DNA of 64,000 bases from Eledone cirrhosa. Lineage: Eukaryota. The notes beneath the pieces were generated by a model that ran no database searches, was not told where the DNA came from, and saw nothing but the letters and a program-made list of their open reading frames with translations. The position numbers and the translations under genes were made by a program. Below, piece by piece: positions 17,251-30,417 of the stretch (within the stretch, counting starts at the first letter, position 1; every line of letters starts with the position of its first letter). The stretch spans positions 352,966,001 to 353,030,000 of the forward strand of contig OZ024742.1 of assembly GCA_964016885.1 (NCBI GenBank). Reading direction: 5' to 3'.

Positions 17251-19329
17251 TCTACCCACTCTAGATAGATATATACACACAAAGGTTATAATTTATTTAA
17301 TATTGTAACGTCTATTCAATGGCTGAAACACAAGATATACAATGTTAGAAATATCACAAATAAAGATATAGAACAAATAAATTAGTGAAGAATCCTGTAA
17401 CCCTAACTCACATAGTCACTACAACATTTTCCGACCAAATGCTATATATTGATATATTAACATCATATTCGATATACAGATGATCGAAATGTGTTATTCA
17501 ATAGAAACATTCATCAACAACATGACGTCATGATATCTGTAACTTATTAAAAATCATACATTTTCAAAAGGTTTTCGTTATCGATTAAATGTCAACATGA
17601 AAATGCGAGCAAACGACTGCTCGGTATGTCACATTATGTGTAAACTTTCATTTAATCGGCATACAGATTTGTCGAATATTTCTTTTACATACATTTTTGA
17701 ACGAAAAACAAAGCAATCATTTATTATAAAAAAAGAAAATGTGGATGAATCTAAGGAATCATGAAATATATTTGAACGAGATAATATATATTATAGGTAA
17801 ACCTTCTTCACTAGGATGAAAGCGTGGAAATAAGAATCAACGTTCTGAATTTAGAATGTAAATATGATATGTTTGGAAAAATCCCGCTTATGAAGAGTTA
17901 CAGAGGAAATTGAAATTAAGTATAATTATTAGTGGAACACAATATAAGTGATAATTCAACTAACAATAATTTTCAAAGCAAAAGCTAAATGAATTAAAAA
18001 TAAAAGTATAAAGACATGTTAAGATATTAGTCAAATCGATTATAATAAAAATATTGAACTCACAAATACTTTATTATAAACTGAGCAAAACTTTATCCAG
18101 CGCATAGGAGATACTTAGTGAAAGCAATCGTCATAATATTCATTTGGATAAACCTGAAACCCTGTTTTATTTATAGATATCAAATGAACGTTAACAATAT
18201 CACTCAGTAGGGTTTAGAATATGATAATTTCAATACATATTTCAACCATTCTCTACCAAATATGTGCATAAACATACGCTATAAACCTGAGAAAGTATAA
18301 ACGTTACGCGGTAGGATGAATCTATATATGTTTGTGTGACAAAATACCACATCCTGTATTCATCAACGTTTAGGGTAGATTGTATACACTATTTTTCAGA
18401 CACAGTGTTTCCTAGTAATAAAACGACACGTGTTTAAATTCGACAGTTATACACCTTCACAGATTTGGTTACGTTCATCTTCATCATCATCTAACACATT
18501 ATAACGCATACAATTTATTAGGCACCGAAGATTAGATTCTGAAACTGATATGCTGTACATACTTCATCGCTTGTCCCCTTTGACATAATCCACCTTTCTT
18601 ATAGATCAATGCATTTTGAAATATTTACTCAAGCAACATATGAAACACTCGATATATTTTTGCGCTACTTCAAGCAATTAAAAATCACAGAAGATTTCCA
18701 CCATATATCGTAATTCCGATGATTTGTAATATCATAGGAACTCTATTATCATAATTCAAATATAAAGAGGTTTCCACGATTATACGAAACATCAATGAAT
18801 TTAAGTTGGACGGAAATTATGGACATAATGATTAATAAAATCATCGTCTGTGTTTTGATGTCTACCTACTTCAAAGTAGATTAATAGGCGGTGCATAAGT
18901 TTGGAAATACTTTGTACAATGGAATGTTTTCCCATCTAGAGAATAATTTCCTGAGTTATAAATTCAGCAATGATGGTTTGGAATTTACATACACAATTGT
19001 TTACAGGGCGTCAGCTTGAAATCAGGAACCATTTATTAAATGAAATTAATGATGAAACATCTTATGCTGATATATCATAATCAGCTGCATGGTCCTCATC
19101 ATAATGGTGATTATAAGGTCAGACATTTTGATATGTTTTCGTTGTTTTCCTCCAAATGTTGTGAGATCGAAAACGAGATAGTGTAATATATTTATTACCA
19201 ACGACATTAAATATATTGTTAATGTGGAAACTACTACTACTACTACTACTACAAATACGACTACTACTGCTGCTGCTGCTGCTTCTACTACTACTGCTGC
19301 TGCTTCTACTGCTACTACGACTACTTCTA

Positions 19330-20400
19330 ATATTTCATTTATTAGCTACAAGGGCTGACATATAGGGGAACATACAATAGACGGGGATGGTGGGACTTTT
19401 ACATAAAAATCAAGTAAAAAGTAGGAAAACAATAACAAAATGCAAGAAAAATACAACAATGAAAATTCCCCAATAAGGGGAAAACTACATAGGGGTGATT
19501 ACGGTACCGCACAAATCCTGAACCACCCGACACTTCGAGGTTACCCGGGAAGGGCCACCCTTCCTCCTCAAATTAACCTGTCTACGGACGAGAGCTGAGC
19601 GTAGGATAATTCACACAGGCCATTCTCGCCAAATTCACCCACCTTTCAGCAAATGTACTGTGGGCAGCACTTCTCTCTCCGCCGTCACCTACCTTTCCAA
19701 GTGAAATTTCTTCACTATGCACTCAGCTACTAGCCGTATATGTTCTACATGCGACAAAAGATGTTTGACATAACTCCACAAGCCTGCAATGCTCGGACAT
19801 TGGACGAGAGAGTGCAGAGAAATTTCATCGCATTGAGTGCATCTGACAGGACTTCATTTCTTGTAGAATTTGTCTTGAATCGGCTGTGCCCATAATTGTC
19901 ACTGCTAAGTCAGAGATCTCTGGAGATAATCCATAGTCCCGACTGGAACGTTCTCCGGAAAGACCTGGTTAATTCTATATCATCGGAACGAATAATGTCT
20001 ACGTGAATGTCGTCACTCTTGTCCACTGGTTCTTTATAGATCATTAAAGATAGAGATTTTCCCGGAACGCTTTGCCCAGTTGGATGAGGGCAATGAGCGC
20101 CTCAAACATTCTGGGTGCCAGATACCCAATATGTGTCTTGCTTTCTCTCATGACTTCAGTTCAGTCGAAGAGACAACTTCGGAACAGTCTCACAAACGAC
20201 ACACCTATATTATCAGCGATAAGTAATAGCTGAAGAAAGATTAAACTCGCCGCACATTTGCGCATTACAAGCCACAGCATACCGAACACGTCAGGTAGCC
20301 GGTGTTGGCAGCAGATTGAACACCTCAACGGTGGAATCATTATTTTCGAGAAGAAGCTGCAGAGCGGGCGCGCCCTTATACGTCGTCGTTGTCTTTCTCC
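19330..20400 (-). mobile_element. Tx1/L1-like LINE 3' fragment
   Basis: RCSICCQHRLPDVFGMLWLVMRK matches RRSICCQHPLRGGLGMPWLMMRR of 48553-48939. Minus-strand 3' end AATAAATGAAAT abuts a trinucleotide repeat, as at ~48495. Confidence 0.75.
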
Positions 20401-20419
20401 AACGTCCAACGTTACACTG

Positions 20420-20620
20420 CTTACTATAAACAAAGCATGTCAAACAGAGGTTCCCCCGAGGGCCACAATGGTATCATATGTGTTGTCTGTGGGCCGTATA
20501 CGACAATTAATTGTGCAAATTACAACTACTTTTACGAAGACAAACCTCTGTGCTGGCCACTGGTGTACATGTAAAAGGGTACATGTTTCACATGCCTGCT
20601 ATAAACAACATTCTTAATTT
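20420..20620 (+). mobile_element. Possible piggyBac-like transposase C-terminal Cys-rich domain remnant
   Basis: ICVVCGPYTTINCANY...KPLCW...GTCF spacing resembles the CxxC...C...PLC...CF domain. Short and interrupted. Confidence 0.3.
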
Positions 20621-20753
20621 CGCATTTCACTTACACACTTAACATAAGAACTATAAACGTTCTAAGATTACAGGGAGTTTTCATAAAAATGCTTGAGGCA
20701 CCCCGCATTATATTCGGTGAAATGTAGAAAAACATTGTTATATATATATATAT

Positions 20754-20925
20754 ATAGGAAAACATATGACACCGACGTCAGAGCTCAAGCCGTTTCGACG
20801 GCTATTAACGGCTTGAGGTCTGCCGTCGGGGTCATACTTTTTCCTATTTACCACTCTACTACATTAAGTATTGAGTACTCTGGTGCGTTATGGTCCATTT
20901 GGTTCCTTAACACAATTCTATGTTG
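20754..20925. repeat. Dispersed repeat (second copy inverted at ~30270-30410) beginning with a fold-back hairpin 20754-20847
   Basis: ataggaaaa...gagctcaagccgtt / aacggcttgaggtctgccgtc...ttcctat. 20810-20920 is the reverse complement of ~30275-30390. Confidence 0.75.
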
Positions 20926-21296
20926 TATATATGGAAAAGAATGAAACGAAATGAAATGACATTTCGTTTCATTATTTTCCATTTATCGTTTTCGGTGCGC
21001 GCGGCCGACTAACTCACTGGATATGCAAATTAGGCTGCTCAGCCGTTAATATGCATAAGGAAAGTATATACTTTCAGACGTTCAACCATCTGGCAGGAAG
21101 GAATACGATGCTGACGATAGCTAATATGCTTGAAACTAGTACACCGTTCCTGTGTCAGTGTTGAACAAAAAGGTGACGATGGTTGCCTGAGCACTGTACG
21201 GCGTAATTCGGGCTGTTTTTTGTTTACAAACGAAGCGAGCATTATAAAAAATGTTCGGTAAACCCATACGTACATACATATAAGCATGTGTGCATG

Positions 21297-21417
<121 letters not shown>

Positions 21418-21895
21418 TTCGTTTCTGAATCTGTTTAACAAGATTGTTTATCTGAAAACGTGTGCTGAAACCGATATTGTTATGCTTTGGGAGGGTCATG
21501 TTACCAATAAGAAACACACGCACCAGTGCTGTTACTTCAATTTATTATAAATTAAATTTATAAATTCAGGAATTTATAAATTTCCGGTTGGTTGGTTCCA
21601 CAACTAGACGTTTGTTCATATATTATCAAACTTCTTTCGTCACACAATTTGTGACCCATTCATTGACTGGGGATTATTTTCTTTGTTGTTGTGCCTCTCC
21701 TTTGTTCTGCCCTACGCCATCTTATTTTTGTGTGTGTTGTGTGCTTAGTTTGCGCACGTGTTACATCCATATGTGTGTATATATTTGTTTATTTATTTGT
21801 TTATTTACATGTTACTGGTTGGTCGTTTGTTCTATGTGTGTGTGTGTTTTTATTTTGTCCTTAATTGTAAGATGCGATGTTGCTGTTGCTGTAAT
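21418..21895 (-). repeat. Solo pLTR of the PLE family at 9257-9880/30800-31690, between (TA)n tracts
   Basis: Reverse complement of ~9400-9875. Confidence 0.85.
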
Positions 21896-21919
21896 ATAAT
21901 ATATATATATATATATATA

Positions 21920-21963
<44 letters not shown>

Positions 21964-23048
21964 GTGAGAAGAAATAATACTGCATGGTTGCACATGGGTT
22001 ACATATGATAATAATAGTCCTTCGTCAGTGATTTTCCAACCTTCATTGGTATTTCATCGCATTAAAAATCATAAATAAAGCTATTGGGACAAGTAAATCG
22101 CGTAAAGCGAGTGATACATGTAAACAACATAGAAGGATGAAAGCAACGCACAGATAGGACAAAACAAGCAACATGGTTATCCAGTCAGCATAAGCCGGGT
22201 GGATTTCCTGAGCGAGAGAGATATACAGACCATCCGACGTGAGTGAGAGGTGAGCAGGTAGAGAACCCACTACAAGCCAAACGGGAGGAAGTGAGAAGGG
22301 GAGAATCAGAGAGTGAGTGAGTGGAAGTGCGAGGATATATATATATATATATATTTGTTAAAATAACAGATTAAAGTTCAAGCAGATAACCGCTGCTTTC
22401 ACCCTTAACGGGATCTTCTAACATTTAAAAAAAATCAATCTGTGAAATCATAAGTAAATATTTCGAAAAAACGTTTCAACCGAAGGAAATCAGGAAGACG
22501 ATACTTTGGTTCGTGAAGACGTTCCCTGACTATGAACGGAAAAAACAAGATAATACGTCATTATGTGGAGTGGTGAGAATAAATACACGCAAAAACAAAA
22601 CCACGTTCATGGTATAAATGAAGTCGTAGACTAATATTCTATTTAGAAAACCGAATGATTCTCGGCTTCGGAGTTAAGAATAATGTAAATAAATTAGTAG
22701 AACGGAAATGACAGAGGTTATTGAAATCAACAATAATTAAATATATACATACACGTATCCACGCATCCATATACGTATACACACATGCATACACGAACAC
22801 ACACACCATGCATGCATAAACAAGCACTTTTCTATGTGTATTTGGTGTATATGTTCGAATGTGTGCGGGTACAGGTGTCGCGCGGATTTATGTATGTGTG
22901 CGCGTGTGTATGTGTATGCGATTGTTTATGCATCCATGGCGGGTTTGTTGGCGTATGCATGTGTATGTACGTATATGGATGTGTGTGTATGTATATATTT
23001 AATTATTGTTCATTTCAATAACTAACTTATTTATATTATTCTTAACTC

Positions 23049-23231
23049 GGTGGGTTGGCAGTATCGGTAGAAGGTTTGGCGCCATGCTAGGACGCATAGA
23101 GTTACCGCCCTTGCCATTCTGAGTTCAAATCCCGCCGAGGTTAACTTAGCCTTTCATCCTTATGGGGTCGATAAAATAAAGTACCAGTAATACACTGAGT
23201 AATTGCTGGCCTTGTGCCAAAAGTAGGAACA
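23049..23231 (+). mobile_element. Full-length tRNA-derived SINE with 14-bp TSD
   Basis: A box tggcagtatcgg and B box gagttcaaatc. TSD attattcttaactc at 23035-23048 and 23232-23245. Confidence 0.9.
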
Positions 23232-23465
23232 ATTATTCTTAACTCTGAAGCCGAGAATCATTCGGTTTCCTAAATAGACTCTATTAATACCATAAACGTG
23301 GTTGTGTAATTGTTCTCACCGCTCCACATAATGACGTATTATCTTAGCTTTTTTCCGTTCATAGTCAGGGATCGTCTTCACGAACCAAAGTATCGTCTTC
23401 CTGTTTTCCTTCGGTTGCAACATTTTTCGAAATATTAACTTCTGCGTTCACAGATTGAATTTTTT

Positions 23466-23514
23466 AGTTTCAGAAGATCCCGTTAAGGGTGAAAGCAGCG
23501 ATTATTTGCTTAAC
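23466..23514 (+). ncRNA. Variant-core hammerhead ribozyme (CAGAAGA) in PLE pLTR
   Basis: agttt-CAGAAGA-tcccgttaagggt-GAAA-gca...tgc-TT-aac. Confidence 0.55.
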
Positions 23515-24552
23515 ATTTAATCTGTTATCTTAATAAATATTTGCTTTCGGGATCTTATATATTTGATATATATTTATCCTTATCGAGCCCTCTTTGGATT
23601 TTAGTCTTCAAATTTATTATTATTACTATTTGGCTCCCTCAGTTGAGCACTCTATTGACTTATATTCATCATGCAGAAACAACATCTGAATTTTTCTACA
23701 AAGAACATACCCGTACCAAGCACGAAGACATACCTATAACTCCTGATACAGAGAGCGGACTCGTTCCTTAAAAGGTTGCGTTGGCGTGCCTTTTATTTCG
23801 ATAATCAGGGAAAAGCGGACACGAAACAGGATAAATTTGTGTTTAGAACTCATAATAACTCTCCGAGTAAACCAGCATTGATACCCTTCGAAAACGATGT
23901 CTTGAAACTCACACGGAGTATCAAATTTCGGAATAGGAGCAATTCCTTCTAGCAGGACCCGAAGAATAGAATTCGTGTTATTAAGGATTATAACGGCGTG
24001 CACGTCTACTCCGACAAAACTGGTAATATATATCAAGTGGAGCTCATTACTCACCATTAACTGCAACATAATGCTGTAACTAAGGATTAACGTAAAAGAA
24101 AGAAAATTCAGCGACAGTGGTGAATGTACGGAATTATAGTGATGTAATAGTATGGAAAATACCAACACGCAACAAAGTATCAGAAGCAGTCAAGAATATC
24201 AGGCATCGCAATCCCAATAATTTTCTTCAACCATTATCTATACTATAAAGCTGACGGCCCTATGTAAGTAACACACTTTTATCCAAGCGGCTGGACAAAA
24301 CGGCACCAAATTTTCACCATAGATGTAACTTTTTTTCGAGTAACAAATTCTTCGTATTTTCATCCACTGAATTTTGTTAAAGGATTAAAGACATTATTTA
24401 AATATTCACTTCTTTAAATTTTTCAATTGTCAACATTTCCGGTTATACGACATTCCTAACGTCTTCACGAACCAAAGTATCATATTCCTGTTTTCTTTCG
24501 GTTGCAAAGTTTTTGGAAATATGTACTTCTGTGTTCACAAATGGATTTTTTT

Positions 24553-24603
24553 AGTTTCAGAGGATCCCGTTAAGGGTGAAAGCAGCGATTATTTGCTTAA
24601 ACT
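24553..24603 (+). ncRNA. Variant-core hammerhead ribozyme (CAGAGGA)
   Basis: agttt-CAGAGGA-tcccgttaagggt-GAAA-gcagcgattatttgc-TT-aaact, with stem I agttt/aaact. Confidence 0.6.
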
Positions 24604-24680
24604 TTAATCTGTTATTTTAATAGATATGTATATAGTGACGAAACATAAGTCAATTGCATGATCTCATAATCCTTTATTTG

Positions 24681-24734
24681 CTGCTATATATATTTCGATG
24701 ATAGCCATTGAAATGCTATGACCTCATAAGGCAG
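24681..24734 (-). ncRNA. Decayed minimal hammerhead ribozyme (palindromic stem III TATATA)
   Basis: Minus strand: ctgc-CTtATGA-ggtcatagc...gctatcatc-GAAA-tatata-TA-gcag. One core mismatch. Confidence 0.55.
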
Positions 24735-25084
24735 TTAGTCAGTTCTTAGATATGCCAGCTCTGTGTTTATGGTGCTGATGGATTTAGAGCCTTGGGACAA
24801 AAATATATGTACACGAATATATATATATATAATTATATATTCGTGTACAGATATTTTTGCATACACAAAAACAAATATATATATATATATATAATTATAT
24901 ATTCGTGTACAGATATATTTGCATACTCAAAAACAAAATATAACCGAACGTATTTATTTCAAGAAAGCACAAACGGCTTATCGTCATTGTTACTGCCGAT
25001 ATGCCACCCCAAAAGTCCTAGCCTGGCCGCAAGATCAGATTTTCCAGAAGAAAAAATGTTACTAGAGGAAAAGGGAGACTAATC

Positions 25085-25180
25085 TTCACGATTACCATCA
25101 ACAAAGCCCAGGGTCAAACCCTAAAAGTGGCTGGCCTTCATCTGAGAAAACCATGGTATGTAGAGTGCTCTAGCGTGAGC
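25085..25180 (+). mobile_element. Helitron Pif1-like helicase C-terminal fragment
   Basis: Translates FTITINKAQGQTLKVAGLHLRKPW, matching the conserved FAMTINKSQGQTL motif of Pif1/Helitron helicases. Confidence 0.7.
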
Positions 25181-25959
25181 TAAGGAAGATGAGAGGAAAG
25201 AGAGAAGGAGAAAAGAAAGTTACAATGAAAGAACATCTTAAAGTTTACCCAAGTCAAATTATATATTTATTAACATTTCTATCTGCAGGTTGTTAGCAAG
25301 CTTACTGGCGCTTTAGTATGGTATTTAATTCTCATATCGTTTTTGATTGATATGGTGCATATATCGCAGCTATTCTTATGTTTTAAACACTAGATAATGA
25401 TTGTTGATGTATATTTTACGACAGAATTAGCTGAACATTATTTTGAATGAACAAATAAAAGAGTTGTTTGTTGGTTGGTTCCTTCGCGTATCACACGAAA
25501 AAAACCAAGAGTGACAATCGGAAAGTATGTACAGGATTGGGATAAGAGTATATGCAGTAAAGATTATTGATACTAATTTCATAACACCAAAGAAGAAGAA
25601 AGACATACCACGTATGCTAACCTACCTAACTGCTATTTCTAGCAGGTTGGGAGTCAACCATAAGGGATTCTCTCTGCGAGTTCGTTGTCAGTGATGATCG
25701 TGCTTCACGGACTATGTCTCCGATTCCAACAGTGGGTTACGCACACACACACACGCACACGCACATGCACACACACTAACACACACACGGGCACACATAC
25801 ACACACACACATATATATATATATATACACACAAACACACACAAACACACACACACTGACACACCCACAATACGCACACGCTGTAAACAAGACTATGCAT
25901 CCAATACATACGTTTTCTCTTCTGCCTGTCTTCTCTTATCGTTTGTTAACCTTGGCGAA

Positions 25960-27736
25960 TCTGGGTACCTCACATCTGAATATTTCTACAAAGAACATAC
26001 CCTTACCAAGCAGTAACACGTACTTAAATCTCCTTATTCAGAAATTGAATCGTTTCTTAAAAGATTGAGTTGGCGTGCCTATTATTTCGATAATCAGGAA
26101 AAAGAGGATAACAGACAGGATAAATTTGGGTTTAAAACTTATAATAACCCTCCGAGCAACCCAGTATTGCTACCCTTCGAAAATGGTGTCTTGGAACTCA
26201 TACGGAGTATAAACTTTCGCAAGAGGAGCAATTCCTTCCAGACATACCTGAAGAATAGCATTCATTTTATAAAGGATTCTAACGGCGTGCACGTCCAGTC
26301 CGACAACACTAGCAATCTATATCAAGTGGAACGCACTATATACTATCAACTGCTACATAATGCTGTAATTAAGGATTACCGGAAAACTAATCGGAGTGCC
26401 ATTAATGACATCAACGATGTTGGGTTTAAAATCACCTCTGAACTCAACATCCAGGACAGGGCTGAACATCTGGACTCTATTTTCCCCACCTTACCCTGAA
26501 GTATCACAAACTCAATTTCGCCAACAACCCGTCTATTCGGCTTATTAACCCTACGAAGTCCGATTTAGGTAGACTTAGTAAAAGGATTTTATATAGAAGT
26601 ATACCTGAAATTAGAAGCTTGGCCCCTCATGCACTGTGGAACAATTCTTTCGCGGTGATTGATTGGTTCAATGGCATATGCAACAAGGAACATTGCCATT
26701 TTATCCAATTCGACATCAATAATTACTACTCCTCCATCATTTTATCACTTCTCCTTAGAGCTATCAATTTAGCTAAATCGCTCACGGTGGTTAAGGATTT
26801 CGAAGTTGATGTTATCCTCAATGCCCGTAAGTCGGTGATTTTTCGAGGACTCTATTTGGATTAAATAATCTAATAGTACCCGATTCGACGTAAGTATGGG
26901 CGCCAGTGATTCGGCGGAGTTTACTGATCTTATCGGCCTTTTCCTTCTTTTCTCCATCAAGTAAAAATTCACCAATGTAAGGTCGAAACGCCCACGTCCC
27001 GTAGGGACTACATAGGGTTAACCCCAAGTAGCGTCTTTGCATGCACACCGATTCATTTTTTAACCCTATAAGAAGGAATACTACGTCACTCTCAACTTAT
27101 ATCTGGAGTCTAAAAGACAACCACACCCAATATAGGTTATACTGGGAGGACCTAGCCCTAGCTAGATCGTACAGCGGAAATAAAGAACTATCCAATCTTT
27201 GCACCGCTGAAGCCCTGGAAATACTCTAAACAAATGAGCTAAAAATCTGAGGCAATTTCTGCTTGTAAACATAAATTGCATAACACTTTTCTGTATTACA
27301 GCCCTTCATTATACCCTAACGGATAGTACGAACAGTACGCGGATAATTTAGGTCTTGATGTGGTAGCTAAGTATATTTATTGTTTATACCATTACTTATT
27401 TGTATAGGTAAGTATACCTTACCTGCATGTTTTATGAGGTACGTATATTTCTCGTACGTATATTTGCATGTATATGTTATGGGTGTATATATCATAATAT
27501 ATATACTGGTACATGTGTATATGGTTATGTGTATATGCGTATTGTGTGCGTACGCGTGTTCGCACCTATGTAAGGTGTGTGTATATGTGTACTTTGTTGT
27601 TTGTTTGACGTACGTTTAGTGAGCATATGTGTGTATATTTATATACGTTTATATAATTATATGTATACATACACGCACGCACGCACATACACGCACACAC
27701 ACGCACACACCCGTGCACACACACACACACACACGC

Positions 27737-27787
<51 letters not shown>

Positions 27788-28535
27788 TGTGTCTGTGTGT
27801 GTGTATGTGTGCGTGCGTGTATATATATATATAATCAGTGAAACAATTGTTTGATTGCAAATAAATCCCTGTTTTGTACTGTTGACCATGTTATTCTTCA
27901 CTTTTTCAATTATATATGTGTATTTGGTGTATACTTTCGTATGTGCGCGGGTACAGGTGTCACGCGGGTTTATGTATGTGTGCTCATGTTTATGCGTACA
28001 TGGTTGTTTATGCATGCATGACGGGTGTCTTCGCGTATGCATGTGTATGTACGTATATGGATGCGTGTATATATATATTTAGTTATTGTTGATTTCAATA
28101 ACCTCTGTAATTTATTTACATTATTCTTAACTCTGGAGCCGAGAATCATTCGGTTTCCTAAATAGAATACTAGTCTACGACTTGTGCTATACCATGGACG
28201 TGCTTTTGTCTTTGCATGTAATTTTTTTCAACGATCCATATCATGACGTATTATCTTCGCTTTTTTTCGTTCATTTCCAAGGAACGTCTCCACGAACCAA
28301 AGTATCGTCTTCCTGTTTTCCTTCGGTTGCAACGGTTTTCGAAATATTACTTCTGCGTTGACAGATTATTTTTTTAGTTTCAGAAGATCCCGTTAAGGGC
28401 GAAAGCAGCGGTTCTTTGCTTAAACTTTAATCTGTTATTTTAATAAATATTTGATCTAGGCTTCTTATATTTTTGATATATATTTATCCTTATCGAGCCC
28501 TCTTTGGATTTTAGTCTTCAAATTTATTATTATTA
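25960..28535 (+). mobile_element. Internally deleted Penelope-like element: RT fragments ~26000-26960, GIY-YIG end ~27040-27300, pLTR ~27880-28535
   Basis: WRAYYF...FGFKT...PFENGVLELIRSINFRK...VQSDNTSNLY; RLINPTKSDLGRLSK; FIQFDINNYYSSI; MGASDSAE; TSLSTYIWSLKD...NLCTAE. Confidence 0.85.
28376..28426 (+). ncRNA. Variant-core hammerhead ribozyme (CAGAAGA)
   Basis: agttt-CAGAAGA-tcccgttaagggc-GAAA-gcagcggttctttgc-TT-aaact. Confidence 0.6.
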
Positions 28536-28536
28536 C

Positions 28537-29058
28537 TATATATATATGAATGTATATATAGTGTAATTTGCAAACACTGTATGCTTAATTAAAAACATTT
28601 CGGGTAATGACAGTCTCACTTCCATTAAATGTTCAGCAAACAGGGGAGATAAAACTGACCGAGTTCTGTTTCGTACTGATTGGTACTTATCAAAGCCAAG
28701 TACTCCACCTGTTTGATGAAAATCATGACTGTTTCATTCCTATAGTATTCAAGTAATAATCAGGAACTGATTATACAGAGCGGGTGCCGATCAAGCAGAT
28801 ATTAAAAATTAGAATTGGTGCTCTGAAATAGCGATATATATATGAATGTTTATATAGTGTATTTTGCAATACGCTGTATGCTTAACTAATAGCACTTCGA
28901 AGACCTTACGCTATTGTTTTTGAGTAGTGACAGTCTCACTTACTTTACATTTTCAGCAAACAGGGGAATTAAAGCTGACATAGCTCTGTTTCGTACTGAT
29001 TGGTGCCAATCAGTACGAAACAGAGCTCTGCCAGCTTTAACTCCCCTGTTTGCTGAAA
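28537..29058 (-). repeat. ~300-bp non-coding partial tandem unit with decayed HHR (28653-28697, -) ending in a fold-back hairpin 28951-29058
   Basis: 28537-28684 is repeated at 28834-29004. Minus strand: ggct-tTGATaA-gtac-caatca-gtac-GAAA-cagaactcgg-TC-agtt. The other copy has palindromic cagagctctg. Confidence 0.65.
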
Positions 29059-29196
29059 TTTTAAAGTCCACAACATCAATATATATGTACCTGTATGATA
29101 CTTCAGGTGAATAAGATGTATATTATATGTACAAACATTGATAATTCTCCGAGGACACTGAGCCTAAGTTTGGAATATATTAATATTATATAATAA

Positions 29197-29281
<85 letters not shown>

Positions 29282-29973
29282 TGAAATACAAAGTACTTCA
29301 GATGTTAAAATTCCTTTATTGAAAGGCCTTATATATATTTCGATGACGGTAGAGGCCACATATGTTAAATCCAGTCATGATATCATCAGACATCTTCTCA
29401 CATAATAAGGTTACTTTTAATAGGCAATCCAAGTTCGCAGTGACAAAGGAAGGGACGAACATGACGTTTTAGAAGCCATCTCCCGACTCCTATGAGCTTC
29501 AATCAGCTCCTACGGTTGTGCGCAGGCCTAAATCAATACATCCCCAAAAGACTACAGCAGCTCAATTCTACGTATTTCCTTTACTCCTCCTTGAAGGGTC
29601 AGGGATTTCATTTAAGCCAACTGTATTGGTATTGCAGTCTATTTAGGACTTGTGATAAGGGAACACGATGTTTATCAACAAGTTTCATACTTGCCTTACT
29701 GTTCAGTTTGGACAAAATCACTGGCTGTCATCCGCCAGCAAAACACAATATTTTATTAGGAGGGTTTAAATATTAATATCTCCAAATGTACATAGGGAAT
29801 TGAACTTCAGTAAGAAGGATTAAGCATTTTGTTTGAAATAAAGAATACCAATCTAATTAGAGAATATTTGATTATCTAAATACACCCCAATATTATCTAG
29901 TCTCACACCCACCCATATATATATATATGATAGGTAAATATTTAAATTATATTTTTTGAATTTACTTTGAAAG

Positions 29974-30064
<91 letters not shown>

Positions 30065-30217
30065 TGTGTGTGTGTGTGTGTGAGAGAGAGAGAAAAATTA
30101 CAAACCTTCCATCTCGATTCTACTTTTCAAAAGCAGTAGTACGAAACCGGTAACGTAACCAAATACATATATATTTAAAATAAAATCACCAGTTGCATTT
30201 TCGATTTCATCTTTTTT

Positions 30218-30272
<55 letters not shown>

Positions 30273-30417
30273 ACGAAGGAATTGTGGTAAGGAGCCAGAT
30301 GGACCATAACGCACCAGAGTACTCAATACTTAGGGTAGTAGAGTAGGTAATCGGAAAAAGTATGACCCAGACGGCAGAGCTCAAGCCGTTTCGACGGCTA
30401 CTTATGGGCCACAATAG

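Larger units (their letters stand above)
22350..24625 (+). mobile_element. PLE partial tandem: inverted pLTR 22350-22825, pLTR 22825-23630, ORF 5' fragment ~23690-24100, pLTR fragment 24460-24625
   Basis: 22350-22800 is the reverse complement of parts of 22900-23540. 23680-24090 is homologous to 25970-26380. The pLTR matches 27900-28535. Confidence 0.8.

Noticed and set aside
17400-19200. Non-repetitive AT-rich stretch as possible host exons
   Set aside because: No ORF of 60 aa or more and no recognisable motifs, so no call can be supported.
23049-23140. tRNA gene
   Set aside because: The A/B boxes belong to a SINE head. No cloverleaf, followed by SINE body and TSD.
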